A stretch of 62,326 nt of DNA, filler included. It is 9 parts of 9 records of this genome, joined end to end, with 100 filler letters (N's around TTAATTAATTAA, not from the genome) between each part and the next. Parts side by side here need not be neighbours in the genome. Positions count along the whole stretch, not along the records: positions 32,406 to 38,528 come from SRR7504441_8088; positions 38,629 to 42,640 come from SRR7504441_8090; positions 42,741 to 46,067 come from SRR7504441_8091; positions 46,168 to 53,272 come from SRR7504441_8094; 5 more parts are not named here. One strand, 5' to 3'. The translations under genes and the position numbers were made by a program. Below, piece by piece: positions 34,729 through 46,615 of this stretch (its first letter is position 1; every line of letters starts with the position of its first letter). The notes under the pieces are model-generated. The model was not told the origin of the DNA. It made no database searches and was given only the letters and a program-made list of their open reading frames with translations.

Positions 34729-37390
34729 TCAAAATCCATAATAGTCGCCATCGTGGTCATGGTCGACCTTCTCATCAGGAATCAAAATTTCATTGGCATT
34801 GATTGCTGCCAGTGCTTCCAGCTTCTCATCAGTCCACACCCCTAATTCGGCTTCGTCGATGATCGACAGTGACTCCAATGATTCCAGAAGAGAAGGCTCA
34901 GAAGACCCGAACACGGCCGTCTCTTCTGGAGTCATTGGAGTCGACGGTCTACTCCCAGGTTGGGAACTGGTTGTCTTGGGAGAGCTTAGCTCTGCCTGGC
35001 TTAGCTCTGCTAGATGTCCTGACCCAGCCCATAGCAGCGCTGGTCTGCAATCGAAGGTGTCATCCACCGCTTGCTGGACGTACCGCGTGCCGTCAATGAT
35101 CTCATCTGTGTTGACATGCGTGTGCCCAAACAAGTGCACCGCTGGCTTGAGTTCAGCCATTGCTGGCTGGAGGTGAGCTGCCCACATGTAATCTCTCAGC
35201 TTCTCGCAGCCTCTGTACACAGTACGCTCCGGACAAAAGTGCGAGTAAGTCACGGTGAACTGTCGAATCTCGTTACGGGCTTGGTCTCTGAGTTTGTCTA
35301 TTGCTGCTTTATTCATCTTATCGAAGACGCTCCTTGGAAAGTCAATGTCACTCTTGCTCCATCTGATTGGCTCGTTTATGGCATCTCCCGCATTGTGCCA
35401 CGAGAACAATGGACAAACCAGCAGTTCTCCCATTGAGACTGGTGACACTAGCACCCCGATGTCCTGGCACATGGCCAAGTAGTACATGAATTTGGTCTCT
35501 GCTGGCACATCCTTGGTCTCTGCGGACACGTACTTGCCCCAGAGTTCGTGGTTGCCCGGGCAGTAGAACACGTGCTTGAACTTCTCCTTGAGCACCAATA
35601 GCACCGCCCGTACTCCTTCCACACCCGTATGCACATCGCCTGCCCACTGCTTAGACCGGCTTGGCCACCGGCAGGCACCGGCCACAATCAGCGCATCGTT
35701 AGGCCTGGCCTGGACCGCCTTGGCCCATTCCTGGTTGCACTGCTTCTCGCAGTGCATGTCTGAGATGCCCCACAGCCTTTCCACAGGCTCGAGCACTTGG
35801 CAGCCTGCCAAGCTTGCCCCGGGCCAGGTGGCTCGAAGCCAGGGCAGAGGTCTGAGATGCCCACAGGTCCTGTCATCCAGCTCAGGCAGAGAGCGGCCAG
35901 GGGCAGCACCGCTCGAAATTGAGAACTCGGAGTATCCTGAGCAGCACATCCTGATTCAGCGTGAGTGGTGTGTCTGCTGTCATCTCAGCTGTGCTCCACC
36001 ATGTTCCCTCCGAGAGCAAGGCGATCTTCCATTTCGTAAGCAGTTGCTCTATATGGGCTAGTCCCCACCCATCCACAGCTTCTTTGGTCACCTCAGGCGG
36101 GTCAGCCTCTTCAACACTCTGAGCCAGTATATTTATATCAAGCGTGTTGTTTGCTTTTTTACACAAAATTGACAGGTCGGCTGAGTCGATCCATCGGGCG
36201 CTGGCCTTGGACCTTGGGTGTGTCCGCTTCGCCAGCCAGCTTGTCATCACTGCATACAGTCCGGTGACCACGCGCCGTGCCCCGGCCAGGCCGCGCTCGC
36301 GAGCCGCAAGGGCTACTTCAGATATCTGCCGGGAGCATTCGATTATCTGTTCGCCAATGTACGCGCTTCCACCGATACGATAGCGACTTGCAGCTACTCG
36401 CAGAGCATTCAGACATGGATCGGACGGGTGCATTTTGGGCAAATAAGGCAAGCATTCAAAGAGCAGCGTGGGCAGCTTCGATTTGGGAGTATCCGGGCAC
36501 TCCAAGAGCTTCTTGTTTAGCCAGGGAATAGCCGCGGCCAGATCCATGAGCACTTGCGATGGCATGTATCCTCGTCTCACCAGCTTCACAACCCACTTCA
36601 AGTTCCGGCAAATCCCTCGGGAGGACAGCTCCTTAGACGGAGCGGCTAGCGAATTGCCATAAAAGTCCACCGACTCAGGGGCTGCGGCTGCTGGCGCTGT
36701 TGCCAGTGATGACCGCCGGCTAGCCGGCTGGCTGTGACAATCCAAGAACGTATCGGCTTCGGGTTGATCGGTTGGCGACTCCTTGCCAACCAGCTCCTCA
36801 AAGATCGGGCCGGAGATGTCCACCTTGTTGTCAGTTCCGAGCGCGGGGGGGCGGCTCTTGGTGTTCTCCGGCTCGAGTTGGTTGCCGGGCGGGGACGGCG
36901 TGAGCTCAAGAGACTCTAGGTCATCCCCGGGCGGCAAGATGCCCCTCGGAGTTTGCAGAGTCCATTCCACAAAACTCATGCGACGTTCATTTGGTTGGTC
37001 GGTTGGTTGCTCAGCCTCAGCCAGCCCGGGGGCGCTCAGAATGGCCGGACCCGACACAAGCTCCGGCCTCCAGCGCACTTCGGGGGGTCCCTCCCCACAA
37101 GAGCCCTCATGGTCGCCCTCGCCCGGACTCCCGAGTTCCAAACTCTTCCGAGAGCAGTTGGCGAGGGAGTTGGCCGTTGTTCCGACCGGGCGATCTTCCC
37201 CCGACCGGGCCAGCGGTCTCCGGTTCGGGCAGTACAGTGCGGGCAACGAACACTCCGCGCCCCCTGGCTCCAGCGCCCCCCCCCTCTCGCGCCCCGGCCT
37301 CTCCCTCCTCAGCCGTTCGCGGACCAGCTGCCAGGACGTCAAAGAGCCAGCGGCTGAGGCCCTCCGGCTCTTGGACAAGACTCCCATCAT
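34729..37390 (-). CDS. Large protein with C-terminal calcineurin-like metallophosphoesterase domain; start uncertain (possibly ~37613)
   Basis: GISDMH, VA|GDVH, PGNHE, YSHF, FGHTH. A 40-nt intron at 35870-35909 joins ORF 35882-37390 in frame (NFE R|TCGHLRP). Confidence 0.75.
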
Positions 37391-38528
37391 CCTGGACGGC
37401 GAACCGACCGACCACGGCCTCGGTCAGCGCCTTTGCCGCAACCGGGCCGCACAGTTGCCCGCCTTTGAGCAGGGCGCAGAGCTGCTCGAATCGGTCAGGT
37501 CGCAGCCCCAACACCCAGGCCGCGCTTGAACCATTTGCTTGAGCAGCCGGCGGAACCTGACCCGGCGGAGACTCCGCGCTCATGCTTTGTCCCCAGCGCA
37601 AGGCCTCAGCCATCCCTGAGACTCCTGGAGACCTGGAGAGAGGGCTTGCGGTCCTCCAGACTCCCTCAGGATTTCCTGAGCCACAAATTATTTTAGAGTG
37701 CTGGTCAGATGAGTCATTATACAGACTTACTACAGACTTGCTTCCCTGCAGCAGCAACTGGCCTCTCTCTGCAGCAGCAGCAGCTGGCCTCTCTCTCTCG
37801 CGGTGGTGCCGGTTTGTGATGCCGCTCCTTTTGGATCGGCCAGCTCCTCGCGAGCCGAGCCTATGTTAGTATCGGTTTAATAAACCAACCTTGGCACAAG
37901 TCAAGCAGCCTGCACGTGCGACGCATCGCGCAACCCGAACTCTGACCCCGAGCCGGCCTGAGTCTAGACATGACCGGACACGAGTCTAAGCTTACTACAG
38001 AATGATGTACATGTATGGTAGTCGCGTAAGTTATCCTAACTATGATTCTAAACAATAAAGATTACAGACTGACTGACAGAATGAAACTAATTGACCCGAG
38101 TCGGTGGTACTCTACACTCGCGACACTCGTGCTATATGTAAGATCCTAACAGATATCCTATGTCCGCCGAGCTCTTTTGTGCTTGTTGCCGGAATTGTCT
38201 CTTTGCCCAAGTCTTGCCTGGGCCGTCAATCGCACACCGATGCAGCTGGGCATGCGCCGGCAGCCGGCCCTCTATCCGGCGGCGCGGCCGCAATCCAACA
38301 CGCGAGCCATCCCAAGGCGGCCTGCCAGCACGTAGTCAGATACTAGCTTGAGGCCAACTGAGCTGCACCCACCGTTGCAACGGCCGCCTTGCCCTGTTGG
38401 CCTGACTGGAGACATTCCCCACCACAGACCTCGCCAAGCCTCCCCGGTGCGGCAACGGAACCCGTGAGGCGTGAATAGTCTGACTGGCGTTGGCTGCAAG
38501 CGTCGTCCTGGCCTGATGGCACAGCTCC

Positions 38529-38628
38529 NNNNNNNNNNNNNNNNNNNNNNNNNNNNNNNNNNNNNNNNNNNNTTAATTAATTAANNNNNNNNNNNNNNNN
38601 NNNNNNNNNNNNNNNNNNNNNNNNNNNN
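38529..38628. other. Artificial contig linker
   Basis: N44-TTAATTAATTAA-N44. Confidence 0.99.
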
Positions 38629-38698
38629 TTCTATTGATTCTATTGAATCTATTGATTCGATAAGGCAAAATTGTCCTCTCTAGATCTATTCTCTTAAG

Positions 38699-40420
38699 TC
38701 ACAACTGTGCACGGTTTCCCATCCTTTGCACCGCTTCGATGATGTAGTAGCCTCCGTATATCAAGCTCACGTTGAAGTTGTCGGGCGACCAAGCCGGGTT
38801 GGCGCCCACCGCATGCAGAAGCACTCCCTCCGTCTGATCGAAATCACCAAGGTACCCTCCCGCGAGCGACGACACCAGCCGCTCGCCCGCATCCCGGTAG
38901 TTCCGGCCCGCCACGCCTCCTAGCTCAATCAGCGCTGCGCTGGCAATCGCCGCAGCAGAGGCGTCCCGATAGTTCACCGTCTGCGGGCTTGGCCACGCAA
39001 AGTCCCACAGCGGCACGCTATCCCGTGGGTCGCCCTGCCTGCTGGTTTGATTCAGCCAATAGTCGGCACAGCGCTGGGCAGTGTCCAGGTGAAGCTTAAG
39101 CCCAGAATACCGATGGGCCATTGTGAATCCATAAATGCACCAAGCCTGCCCGCGCGACCAGGTGGAGTCGTCGGCCAGGCCCTGGGCGGTGCACCGGCGC
39201 TTGACTCGCCCGGTGGCCGGGTCATAGTCAACCACGTGATAGGTCGAACCGTCCGGCCTCACGTGGTTGGCTGCAGTGCGATTTGCATGAGAGACAGCGA
39301 TCTCATGCAACGTACGGTTCCCGGTGCGGGCCGCCGCCCAGAAGAGCAGTTCGAGATTCATCATGTTGTCGATGATCACAGGGAACTCCGCGGTGTACTC
39401 GGGATCAGCCTTGCAACGGTGCCCTGCACTCCAGCTCTGAGTGCACCCTACCACCGGGTTGAAACGGGTGGCGAGTGAGTGTGCGGCCGTGCGGACCACG
39501 CCGTCGTATCCGAGCCCGGCCAGCCGGCGGTGCGCGGCAGGGTCGGAGGCGGTGTTGAGCAATGCCTGGCCGAACGAATCAAACACCATGAATCCAATGT
39601 CATGCGTGATGGTGTTGTGCTGCTGGGAGCGCATGCCCTCGGTCCAACGGATGGCTTGCTCCATCCACTCGCGCTGGCCGGTCTGGTTGTACAGCTTCCA
39701 TAGCATCCCCGGGAAGAAGCCGGCCACCCAGCCGCTGGGGCTAGTCGAGGTCCAGGTATTGAGAGCGCCTCTGCTCACAGCGGTGTGAGTGCTCGAAGGG
39801 TAGTCGCCGTGCTCGCCCGGGACCATCGTGCTGGCTGTCCGGTTGCACTGTGCGGCAACCGCTGCCATCACCCGGCTGCTGGCCGCCGGCGCACTCAGCC
39901 CAGGTTGGCAGACGGCCGGGTCCGCAGTCCTGATGACGAATTCCCAGTCGCACCCCGCGGCCTGTTGGCCGGTAGCCGCAGTTCGCCAGGTCGGCAGCGT
40001 CGGGTCGCACTCGAGCCGCAGGCCCACGGTGGTGTTGTCCCGGCAGTCGATGTGAGCGTCCCCGAAATGCGAGAAGCGGAGAGTGAGCCCGTCTGCCGAC
40101 GGCTCAGCCGGGCGGAGATCCTCCCAGTGGGCCAGAACATCCCAGCAGGTGCCCGGCTTTTCGCCACGGTAGGCCGAGAACACATTGCCCGGCGGCATCA
40201 GGGTGCCCATCTCGGCGTCGCGGCACCGGTGGGGGAGATTACCACATACCGAGATGCCGTAATGGTTGCCGCTGGCTCCCGCGGCCCAGATCGTCTTGCT
40301 AGCCCAGCTGGACAGGTCGTACCGATGCCCGCCGGACTCAAAGATGCACTGGGGGGTAGCCGCGTTGGCCACAGCCGCAACCACGGCCAGGACGAGCATT
40401 CGGCCCATTGTCTTCATCAT
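38699..40420 (-). CDS. Secreted glycoside hydrolase family 88 (unsaturated glucuronyl hydrolase) with N-terminal MRH-like domain
   Basis: [74 protein letters not shown]-terminal signal plus C...YDLS..YGISVCG..C module. No frame-breaking intron. Confidence 0.9.
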   Translation of the reverse strand: MMKTMGRMLVLAVVAAVANAATPQCIFESGGHRYDLSSWASKTIWAAGASGNHYGISVCGNLPHRCRDAEMGTLMPPGNVFSAYRGEKPGTCWDVLAHWEDLRPAEPSADGLTLRFSHFGDAHIDCRDNTTVGLRLECDPTLPTWRTAATGQQAAGCDWEFVIRTADPAVCQPGLSAPAASSRVMAAVAAQCNRTASTMVPGEHGDYPSSTHTAVSRGALNTWTSTSPSGWVAGFFPGMLWKLYNQTGQREWMEQAIRWTEGMRSQQHNTITHDIGFMVFDSFGQALLNTASDPAAHRRLAGLGYDGVVRTAAHSLATRFNPVVGCTQSWSAGHRCKADPEYTAEFPVIIDNMMNLELLFWAAARTGNRTLHEIAVSHANRTAANHVRPDGSTYHVVDYDPATGRVKRRCTAQGLADDSTWSRGQAWCIYGFTMAHRYSGLKLHLDTAQRCADYWLNQTSRQGDPRDSVPLWDFAWPSPQTVNYRDASAAAIASAALIELGGVAGRNYRDAGERLVSSLAGGYLGDFDQTEGVLLHAVGANPAWSPDNFNVSLIYGGYYIIEAVQRMGNRAQL

Positions 40421-40498
40421 GACAGCACAGCACACACTGTCAACTCAACGGCCGCAAAAGTCCGTTACCGTCGGAGCACGGCGGCAGTGATCACGCCG

Positions 40499-42626
40499 AT
40501 GCAGCAGGTGCGGTGGGCGCTGGCGGTGTGGCTGGGGCTGCTGGTGCTCCCAGCGGTGGAGGCTAGGCCGGACGAGCTGTACCAGATGCTCGGGCTGTCG
40601 AGGGCGGCCTCGGCCAAGGCGCTAAAGCGGGCATACAAGAAGCTTGCCCTGAAGTGGCACCCTGACAAACAGAAGACCCAGACTGCACGGGGCATCGCCG
40701 AGGCCCAGATGGTTCGGATCAACGCGGCGTACGACGTGCTGCGCGACCCGGCCCGTCGGGCTGAGTACGACCGGGAGCTGACGGAGGAGGAGGACGTTGA
40801 GGAGTACGACTGGCGCGAATGGGACTATTACTCGGAGACGGCCACGCCCGAGACGGCCAGCGAGGTGTTGCACGGGCACGGGTGGGTCCCGGCTTCCTGT
40901 GGGAGGCGGAGCAGTGGGCAGGGTGGACGTGCGGTACCACTCGGGGGTGCAGACGCAGCTGGCGTCGGGGGCGTGGCTGCTGTTTCTGTACGACGAACAT
41001 CATGGGCATCAGGCCCAGGTCTTCGCCAGGGCGGCCGATGCGCTCGGCAAGAGCCTGGTCACCGGTGCGCGCAGTGCCAGGTCGGTGGTTCAGCGGAGGA
41101 CAGGGATGGCTGTGGCTGCCAGTTGGGGCGCGGAAGAGGTCCTCCAAAGCTTTGGAATGGCCCACTCACCTCTGCCGGCTGTACTACTAATCATCGACGC
41201 CGCGCCGCAGCTCTTCCCGGAGAGCATAAATAACGCCACGCGGCTGGCCCAGTGGGCGGACGATGCCGTCCCGTTCCGTGGGCGTGTGCTGTCGGGGCAG
41301 AGAGTGCCACGGCATGCTCTGACACCGGCTGTACTGCTGGTTACAAAGAAGAGTTCGGTGCCGTTGGCATTTAAGTTGCTGTCACTGGAGGTCGGCCGGT
41401 CGGTCCGGCTGTTCGTTCAGCTCGCAGCTCCCTGGTACTCGGATGCTCCGTTTGTAGTCGGGTACAGAAGCGGTCTGTCTAGCGCAGAAGAACGGTGCTG
41501 CCACCAGTATCCCCGCCAGTAGCATGCTGGCTGGATTAGTCTAAGTAGCCTTACAGCCGGCTGAGTAGTGGGCAGCCATGAGGGCAAGCTAGACATGGGG
41601 GGGATTCGCGAGTTTGCGCAGGACTTGGTCCAGCTTGACGGTGGCTTCAAGGCTGGCGGCGCTCACCGCCTTGGCAGCTGTGCAGCTCGCAGGGGATTGT
41701 TCGGGGCATACGGGTAGGAAATGCAGTGCCGGGCCGGAGGCTGCCATGCGGGCCTTCTTCAGCACGCAGCCAGCGCTGCCAAAGGTCCAGAAGAGCGTTG
41801 CGTTCCCAGCTGCTGAGTGCGCCGTCCAGGTGGTTCTGTTAGTAAACGACGGCGAGGTCAGCTTTGAGTTCAAAGCTCTCACCCAAGCTGTCGGCCCAAA
41901 CGGGCGGGCCCGCGCCAACTTTGGCATATTGACTCCCGGCCCGGCCCAGGAGGTGTTTAAGGAGCAGCACTCCGTGTGGGAGGTGTGATCCTGGTTGTAA
42001 AGCCGGTTGAGCCCGCTCCAGCTGCCAGTTATAATGTTCTTTAAGAGCGGATACGCTCCCCAAACGGGTGTCCCGATGCCAGTGGACGCGATAAAATTGA
42101 CTTGGGCGCTACTGGGCAAGCATGGGCGCGGCGTTAGTCTGACTGTGGGGATAGATGACGGGCTTGCAGCTCAGGAGCCTGCTGAGGATGAGGATGAGCA
42201 GCAGCTGAATGAGGAACTCCCAGAGCAGCCTCCTGCCGAGGATGAGGATCAGTTGGAGCAGGAGGAGCGTGGTAATTGGCAAGGTGGCTGACACTGCTGG
42301 GGCTGAAGCTGAGTCCGAACAGGCGAGGGCTCTGAAGAGTCTGAGGAGGTCGCAGACGACGAGGAGCCTGCCAATGACTATGATGCATGGATGGAGTCTC
42401 GGAGCAGCCAGCCGGTAAGCAGGGCGCAATGCTGCAAGCTGACTAAGGACAGGATATTGATGGGCAGATTGGGGACCTTGAGCAGAAGATGCATGATGCT
42501 CAGCAGATGGCTGAGAGCTTGTACATGGACGGCAATATTGCTGACGCTGAAGAGATCGAAGACTATGTGCAGAGCATCAAGGACAACTTGGCTGCGATGA
42601 GAGACTACCAGGGGACGTACGAGTAG
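40499..42626 (+). CDS. Secretory-pathway DnaJ protein (signal peptide, J-domain, probable thioredoxin-like folds, acidic C-terminus), multi-exon
   Basis: [63 protein letters not shown]; later exons [17 protein letters not shown]. Inferred end ..RDYQGTYE-stop. Confidence 0.75.
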
Positions 42627-42640
42627 GCAGAGCTCGAGCT

Positions 42641-42740
42641 NNNNNNNNNNNNNNNNNNNNNNNNNNNNNNNNNNNNNNNNNNNNTTAATTAATTAANNNN
42701 NNNNNNNNNNNNNNNNNNNNNNNNNNNNNNNNNNNNNNNN
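42641..42740. other. Artificial contig linker
   Basis: N44-TTAATTAATTAA-N44. Confidence 0.99.
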
Positions 42741-43324
42741 TGGGCCTTGGCCGCTGAGCTGGCTGTGGGCTGGGCTGGGCTCTGCTGGGCTTGGTTGCGC
42801 GACGAGTACCGATCAATCAGCTGCGCGTTCCCAAAGGCGGCGAGGGCCGGGGCCGGGCTCCCACTGGTACGGCCGGCCAGCGGCTTGGGTGCTGCGACTC
42901 GCGGCTTCGACGGCTCGGAGCTCGGCTTGTCGTTCTGGTTCATGTCCTTGAGCGGCGCCCGCACCCGCTGGGCTGGCTTGCCGAGCGCCCCGCGCGCCGC
43001 GCTCGAGCTCCGAGCCCGAGCGGTCCGAGGACGAGGGAGGCCGGTGGCCACTGGCCGACCGGCCTGGTTTCGGCTCCGTGCGCTCGGTGGCTGGGCGCGG
43101 CCGGTGGCGACCACGGATCTGGGCACAACGAGGGTAAGCAGGCAGCGGCGAGCCGGGGCGCACTTGGGCGGATCGCGAAAGCGGGACTTGACTTGGATCT
43201 CAGTCACCTTCGGCCGGGCGCCCAGATCGCGTGGCTGGTTCACCGAGTGCGCAGCCCGGGTCCGCAGGTTATACCGGTGCGCCCCAGCCGGAGCGGGCGC
43301 CCCCGTGCTAACTCGCATAGCCAT
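42741..43324 (-). CDS. N-terminal basic disordered region with D-box-like motif; 3'-truncated
   Basis: ATG at 43324; RAPLKDMNQN matches RxxL...N. The remainder is lost at the contig end. Confidence 0.45.
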
Positions 43325-43806
43325 AGAATTTGTGTCGAAAATCAGTGCGGTGCCGTTACATGGCAGTGAGCCAGACGGTGGGTCGCGTGGCTCGTGTGCA
43401 TGCCCTGCGTTTTAAGTACTAATTGATCCCGATGATGGTGATGAAGCCCACCGAGTGGGCCGAGCATCGGCTCGGTGATTCAGCATTGTACAGTGTAATA
43501 CACGTCAATATGTGTATTAGTGTATACACGATTCACGATACTGTCCGTAGCCACGTCGTGCTCTCTCACGCGACGGGTTGACGGTCGTTGGACGGTCGTG
43601 ACGGTCTTCTGAATCATTGGTTCGGGCGGCGACAATAGCTTACACGCACTCGCCGCCGGAGCTCTTGCGATTCCGGCGTTGCACATGCACACTGACAGTC
43701 TCGATTTGTCCACAATCTGATCGGACATCACCCACTCGGAAGCAAATCTCAGAAGAAGAGAGGAGGCGTGTCGTGGCCTTCGTGACAGGCTTGCGGAATC
43801 CGGAGA

Positions 43807-45933
43807 ATGCTGCTGCGGCTAGCTCTAGCGCTGCTGGTCGCGGTGGGAGTGCGGGCCCAGACCACCGCCTACACGGGCACCGAGTGCTCCGGGCTCTTCT
43901 CGTCCGCGGACCAAGTGCGGGCTTCGCCGAGGATCAGCGAGGCCAACCTGCAGCGGCTCGACCGAGTGCTCGCCAGCTCGCTTACCCCGGCCTGCCGGTC
44001 GGCGTGCAAGGACGTCGGGTGCAATGCCGCGTACGCCAGCTCCTGCCCCTCCTCAACGTGCGCCGCTCCCGGGCCGGGCTCAGCGCGGGCAGGCTGTGGA
44101 GTGCGGCCAGCGCGAGTTGCAGCAGCTCGAGCACCGACTTGACCGCCTACAGCTCTTACGTCCAGCTGGTGGCGGTCTACTCGGGCGGCGCCTGCGCCCA
44201 GACCACCGCTACCGCCGCGGGCGCCTCTGGGACAGGGGCTAACGACCTGGTGCAGTGTCCGTCCCCGCTGCTGCAGGTGGTGTCGACTGGCCGGCCGGCT
44301 GAGGCTCGGGCAGTACACCGACAATATCGCGCTCGATCTGGACGAGGTGCCCAAGTTGACTGGGGCCGCTTGCAGCTTCCCGTGCTACTACCCACTGTAC
44401 GATGAATCTGACGTGCGGCTGGGCCGGATTGTGAGTTGAGCTGGCTGGCCAGATGGACACCCACATCCAAGCGCTCGACGCGATGGCATGGGCCTCGCTC
44501 GTGATGGCGCTCGGGCTGATCGCGCTCAACCTGATCAAGGCAGCCCCGACCGGCCGGCCGGCCGCTCACTGCACGTCAGGTGCCCCAGCAGGTTGGCACC
44601 GTCGCCGACTCTCCGTCCAAAGAGCCCAGTGAGACCCTCCAGTGGTACCGGCCCTGGCTCCGATACCCCGAGCGGCTCCGGCTCTGGTTCACGCTGTGCA
44701 TCGCCGGCGTCTCGATGTCGCTTACCTTTGGCTCGTTCACCGGTGGCAGCTGTCGTGGCTGTGCTCACTGTCCAGCAGGCGACGACCGGAAGCTCTGGTG
44801 TGATAAAAGCTACCAAGCCGCGTGCAAGGCGCAGGGCTCGCTGCTCCAGTTCTTCGGGCTGGCCGCCGCGCTCTGGTGGCTGGCGATCGCGCTCAACACA
44901 TACATCACCGTTGTGCGCGAGCGGTCGGTCGAGGTGGCCCAGCGGCTCGAACGATACTACCACATTGTCGCCTGGGGGGTCGCCAGCGCGGTCCGCCGGG
45001 CTGCCCGGCCGGGCTTAGTGGGCACAGGCGGCGTTCCTGGTTTTGCTGCCTGCGGATAAGATCGGGTTCCCTGGTTATGCCTCCATGTGGTGCTGGGTGG
45101 TCAGAGACGACAAATCAATATGGCAGTTCGTCTTCTTCTATGTCGAAGTCGGGCTATGCTCGGTGCTTGGGATCTGCCTGTTCGTGATGATTCTGTGGCG
45201 GCTTTACAACCTGACAGGCGGCCACCGCATACTGCCGCAGCTGATCGGGCGCAGGGTTCACAATTGGAAAGTCGCTGGTGCTGATGGGTCCGATGCTCGC
45301 TTTCATCTTGATCTACGTAGTGCTGTTCGGGTGGATGTTCGGATACCGGATCGACCTCCGGGTGCACAGAGACAGCTACAAGGACGGGTTCTCCAATTAC
45401 TATGCCTGTATTGTGCGCGACTGGTACGCCTCGGCTGGCAGCGCAAGAGTGTGCTGCAGGGCGCTCTCTGCCAACCCGTTGATCGCATTCCAGGACAACT
45501 GCTCGATCGATGATAAGCCGACGGAGGCTGCGTGGTACTTCCAGACGGTCTGAGCTGTCGGGGCGGGGCTGATCCGGGGCAGGTCGACCTTGCGGGTCTC
45601 GGGATATTCACGTTCTTCATCTTTGGGATCCCGAGCATCTACTGGCACGTCCAGACCTGGCGGCACTACAACGAGATCGGCTGCTGCCCCGGCCAAGCCC
45701 GCAAGGATCCGGAGCTGGAGATGTCGCCAGGCGGGCTGGATGGAATAGAAATTAGACAAGTCCAACTAGATGTGCAAGCTTCCCCGCCAGAGGGAGGCTC
45801 CACCAAAAGAGTGTCGCCTCCGGCTACCCCTACGAATGAGTCTCCATTGTCGGCGCGGAGTGAGGAGCCAGGTAATTCGATGGGGGGGGATTCGACACAA
45901 GCTATCCAGTCAGCGGCACCCGCACCTTACTAG
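43807..45933 (+). CDS. Frizzled/Smoothened-like (class F-like) 7TM receptor, multi-exon
   Basis: Signal peptide, Cys-rich ectodomain, CPSPLL..ACSFPCYYPLY linker, RYPER, ACKAQGSLLQFFGLAAALWWLAIALN, ERYYHIVAWG, SMWCWV, further TM segments and a disordered tail. Confidence 0.75.
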
Positions 45934-46067
45934 CGACGTCTGTAGGCCTAACATTACACACCGCGGCATGGGTCGCAAGGTGGGCTAACCACCTAAGAAT
46001 ACCCGAGATCTGTATTGTTTGTGGGTCTACCGATCCATTCTGTCCACATTCTTATCTTGATGATTGT

Positions 46068-46167
46068 NNNNNNNNNNNNNNNNNNNNNNNNNNNNNNNNN
46101 NNNNNNNNNNNTTAATTAATTAANNNNNNNNNNNNNNNNNNNNNNNNNNNNNNNNNNNNNNNNNNNN
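46068..46167. other. Artificial contig linker
   Basis: N44-TTAATTAATTAA-N44. Confidence 0.99.
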
Positions 46168-46615
46168 TCAGGCTTATTCCTGCTGGGCAGGGCGAGCTGT
46201 GCCGCGCAGCTGCAGGCCGGTGAGAGGTTCAAGAAGGAGGCGACCGAGGATGCAAATAGCCAGCCTGACGAGGCTCTCCGATGCGGTAGCTGTACTGAGG
46301 TGTTGCGGTGCTGCGAGTGCTGCTGCCTGCCTGAAGACATGCCGGCGAGTGTATCGCTTGAGCCGGTGGGAGCGGAGGGGGGGCGCAAGGGGCCCGATGA
46401 GAGCCTGATGGCTTCGTCAGATCACAAGGGCGTACGAGTAGCTAGTGTAGAGCCCAATGAGATACCCGAAAGCTAGCAGCCAGCCCTAAGTCCCATCTAT
46501 AAGCTGGTAGGCCGCTTTATTAGAGGCATCGATCATGTTAAACGCACGCTCATTGCCTCAATTAGCCCACGATTCGCCTGAGCAACGTCAGACCCAGCTA
46601 CATTCAGTTTTGTAT

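Noticed and set aside
38631-38658. CTATTGA(T/A)T x3 at a contig start; also AGGGGCAGTACC x2 at 19503-19526
   Set aside because: Short tandem duplications near contig ends with no supporting structure.
32801-40420. Sulfatase + GH88 as a glycosaminoglycan-degradation cluster
   Set aside because: The genes are on different contigs separated by the linker at 38529-38628, so their proximity is artificial.
42741-43324. Call as a mitotic cyclin from the D-box-like motif
   Set aside because: No cyclin box is visible before the contig end, and RxxL motifs are too common to be diagnostic.
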